Assembly: GCA_021413945.1 (NCBI GenBank) | Contig: JAIOPK010000006.1 | Span: forward strand, 390,327 to 454,326 | From: Candidatus Uhrbacteria bacterium | GTDB taxonomy: Bacteria > Patescibacteriota > Patescibacteriia > 2-12-FULL-60-25 | Length of the DNA stretch: 64,000 bases | Direction: 5' to 3' | Shown: positions 63,242-64,000 of the stretch, one piece after another | Numbering within the stretch: position 1 is the first letter of the stretch | Layout of the letters: each line of letters begins with the position of its first letter | Notes under the pieces: generated by a model | Seen by the model: only the letters and a program-made list of their open reading frames with translations | What the model was told of the DNA's origin: nothing | Databases searched by the model: none | Made by a program: the position numbers and the translations under genes

Positions 63242-64000
63242 ATGGAAAACCAGACTCTGGAAGCCAGCTTTCCGCATGACGAGATCCGCGGCGTCCAGGG
63301 GAAGGCCCTGGAGTTCATCGCCAAGCATCCGGAAGGATGCATCCTAGAGATTCCAACGGGAACGGGGAAGACGGCCATCGCTTGGGCTGCGCTCCGTGCC
63401 GCCGAGGCCGAGGGCCAGAAGGGCCTCGTCTACGTCACGCCGACCAAGATGCAGGCCGAGCAGATCATGCAGGGGTACGCCAAGCGCGGCAACAAGGTCG
63501 CGCTCACCGTGCTCGGACGAGCCGAGTACGAGTGCCTCTACTACACCGATCTCGGTCAGGAAGTGAACGCGGAGCAGTCACCCTGCTACGTGCTCGACTG
63601 CGATCATCGCGTCGATCAGGAGACAGGGGAGACCGAGGATCCGGAAGAGGATCCCTGCCCCTACTACCTCGCCAAGTTCAAGGCCAAGCAGTCGCTCATG
63701 AGCGGCGGGATCGTGGTCACAACCACGGCCTTCTACATCATGAACCGCATGCTGGTCTCCGGCTGGCGCGACGCGGAAGTCTCTCTGGTAGTGATCGACG
63801 AGGCGCATCGCATGGCGCCGATCGCTCGGAGCGTGTTCGACCAGACCGTGACGGACTGGCATCTGAAGCGCATCGCCGAGATCGTCCGCGACATCAGCGA
63901 GAAGGACGCGGACGCGCTCCTCGAGTTCTACAAGGCGTTCATGCGCATGGTCCTCCCCAAGGCATCGCAGGAGGCCAAGCTCCTCAAGGACGAGGAGCTG
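63242..64000 (+). CDS. XPD/Rad3/DinG-family Fe-S helicase, N-terminal 253 codons (3' end outside window)
   Basis: I translated this myself, as it is not in the ORF track and is open to the window end. MENQTLEASFPHDEIRGVQGKALEF...EIPTGTGKTA (Walker A)...four Cys spaced as in the XPD Fe-S domain (YECLYY, SPCYVLDC, DPCPYY)...VVIDEAHR (DEAH box). Codon usage is strongly GC3-rich. Confidence 0.75.
   Translation, partial: MENQTLEASFPHDEIRGVQGKALEFIAKHPEGCILEIPTGTGKTAIAWAALRAAEAEGQKGLVYVTPTKMQAEQIMQGYAKRGNKVALTVLGRAEYECLYYTDLGQEVNAEQSPCYVLDCDHRVDQETGETEDPEEDPCPYYLAKFKAKQSLMSGGIVVTTTAFYIMNRMLVSGWRDAEVSLVVIDEAHRMAPIARSVFDQTVTDWHLKRIAEIVRDISEKDADALLEFYKAFMRMVLPKASQEAKLLKDEEL

Overview
This is a gene-dense 64-kb bacterial window of moderate GC. 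From gene content I infer a reduced-genome, Patescibacteria/CPR-like organism. The supporting signs are shortened housekeeping proteins (AspRS without the usual insertion, a 502-aa Rel), a four-helix-bundle gene, T4SS-pilin-like fusion proteins and a Gram-positive-style VirB4/PrgI cluster. Most of the window is ordinary core genome: rnhB, ruvX, recO, asnS, aspS, scpAB, parAB, rel, topA, dprA, pth, der, recG, radA, clpC, htpX, lemA, murI, rseP, pheST and seven tRNAs. I saw no rRNA, CRISPR array, cas gene, transposase or integrase. Six things need a second look. (1) At 61.3-63.2 kb there is an ORF-free array of 13 tandem modules, each a conserved terminator hairpin followed by TTGACA, separating 74-108 nt unique segments. 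It reads as 13 independent promoter / small RNA / terminator units and lies directly upstream of a GC3-rich XPD/DinG-like Fe-S helicase that runs off the window. (2) At 55.4-55.8 kb there is a candidate structured RNA of about 356 nt on the minus strand, with its own promoter, a 16-bp terminal helix and a terminator. I could not assign it to a known class. (3) At 26.4-34.7 kb there is a type IV secretion/conjugation-like cluster (VirB6-like, PrgI/VirB3-like, VirB4, possible VirB8-like) with no relaxase or coupling protein in view. (4) Two tandem paralogs fuse a Cys-rich, T4SS-pilin-like N-terminal module to LAS/M15 peptidoglycan peptidase domains, in an operon with a DsbA-like oxidoreductase. 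(5) Three genes have GC3-rich codon usage unlike their neighbours, which suggests horizontal acquisition. (6) Smaller oddities are a 95-bp nested-palindrome MITE-like element and a tRNA-like minihelix immediately after pth. All calls come from reading the sequence and the ORF translations. No database search was run.
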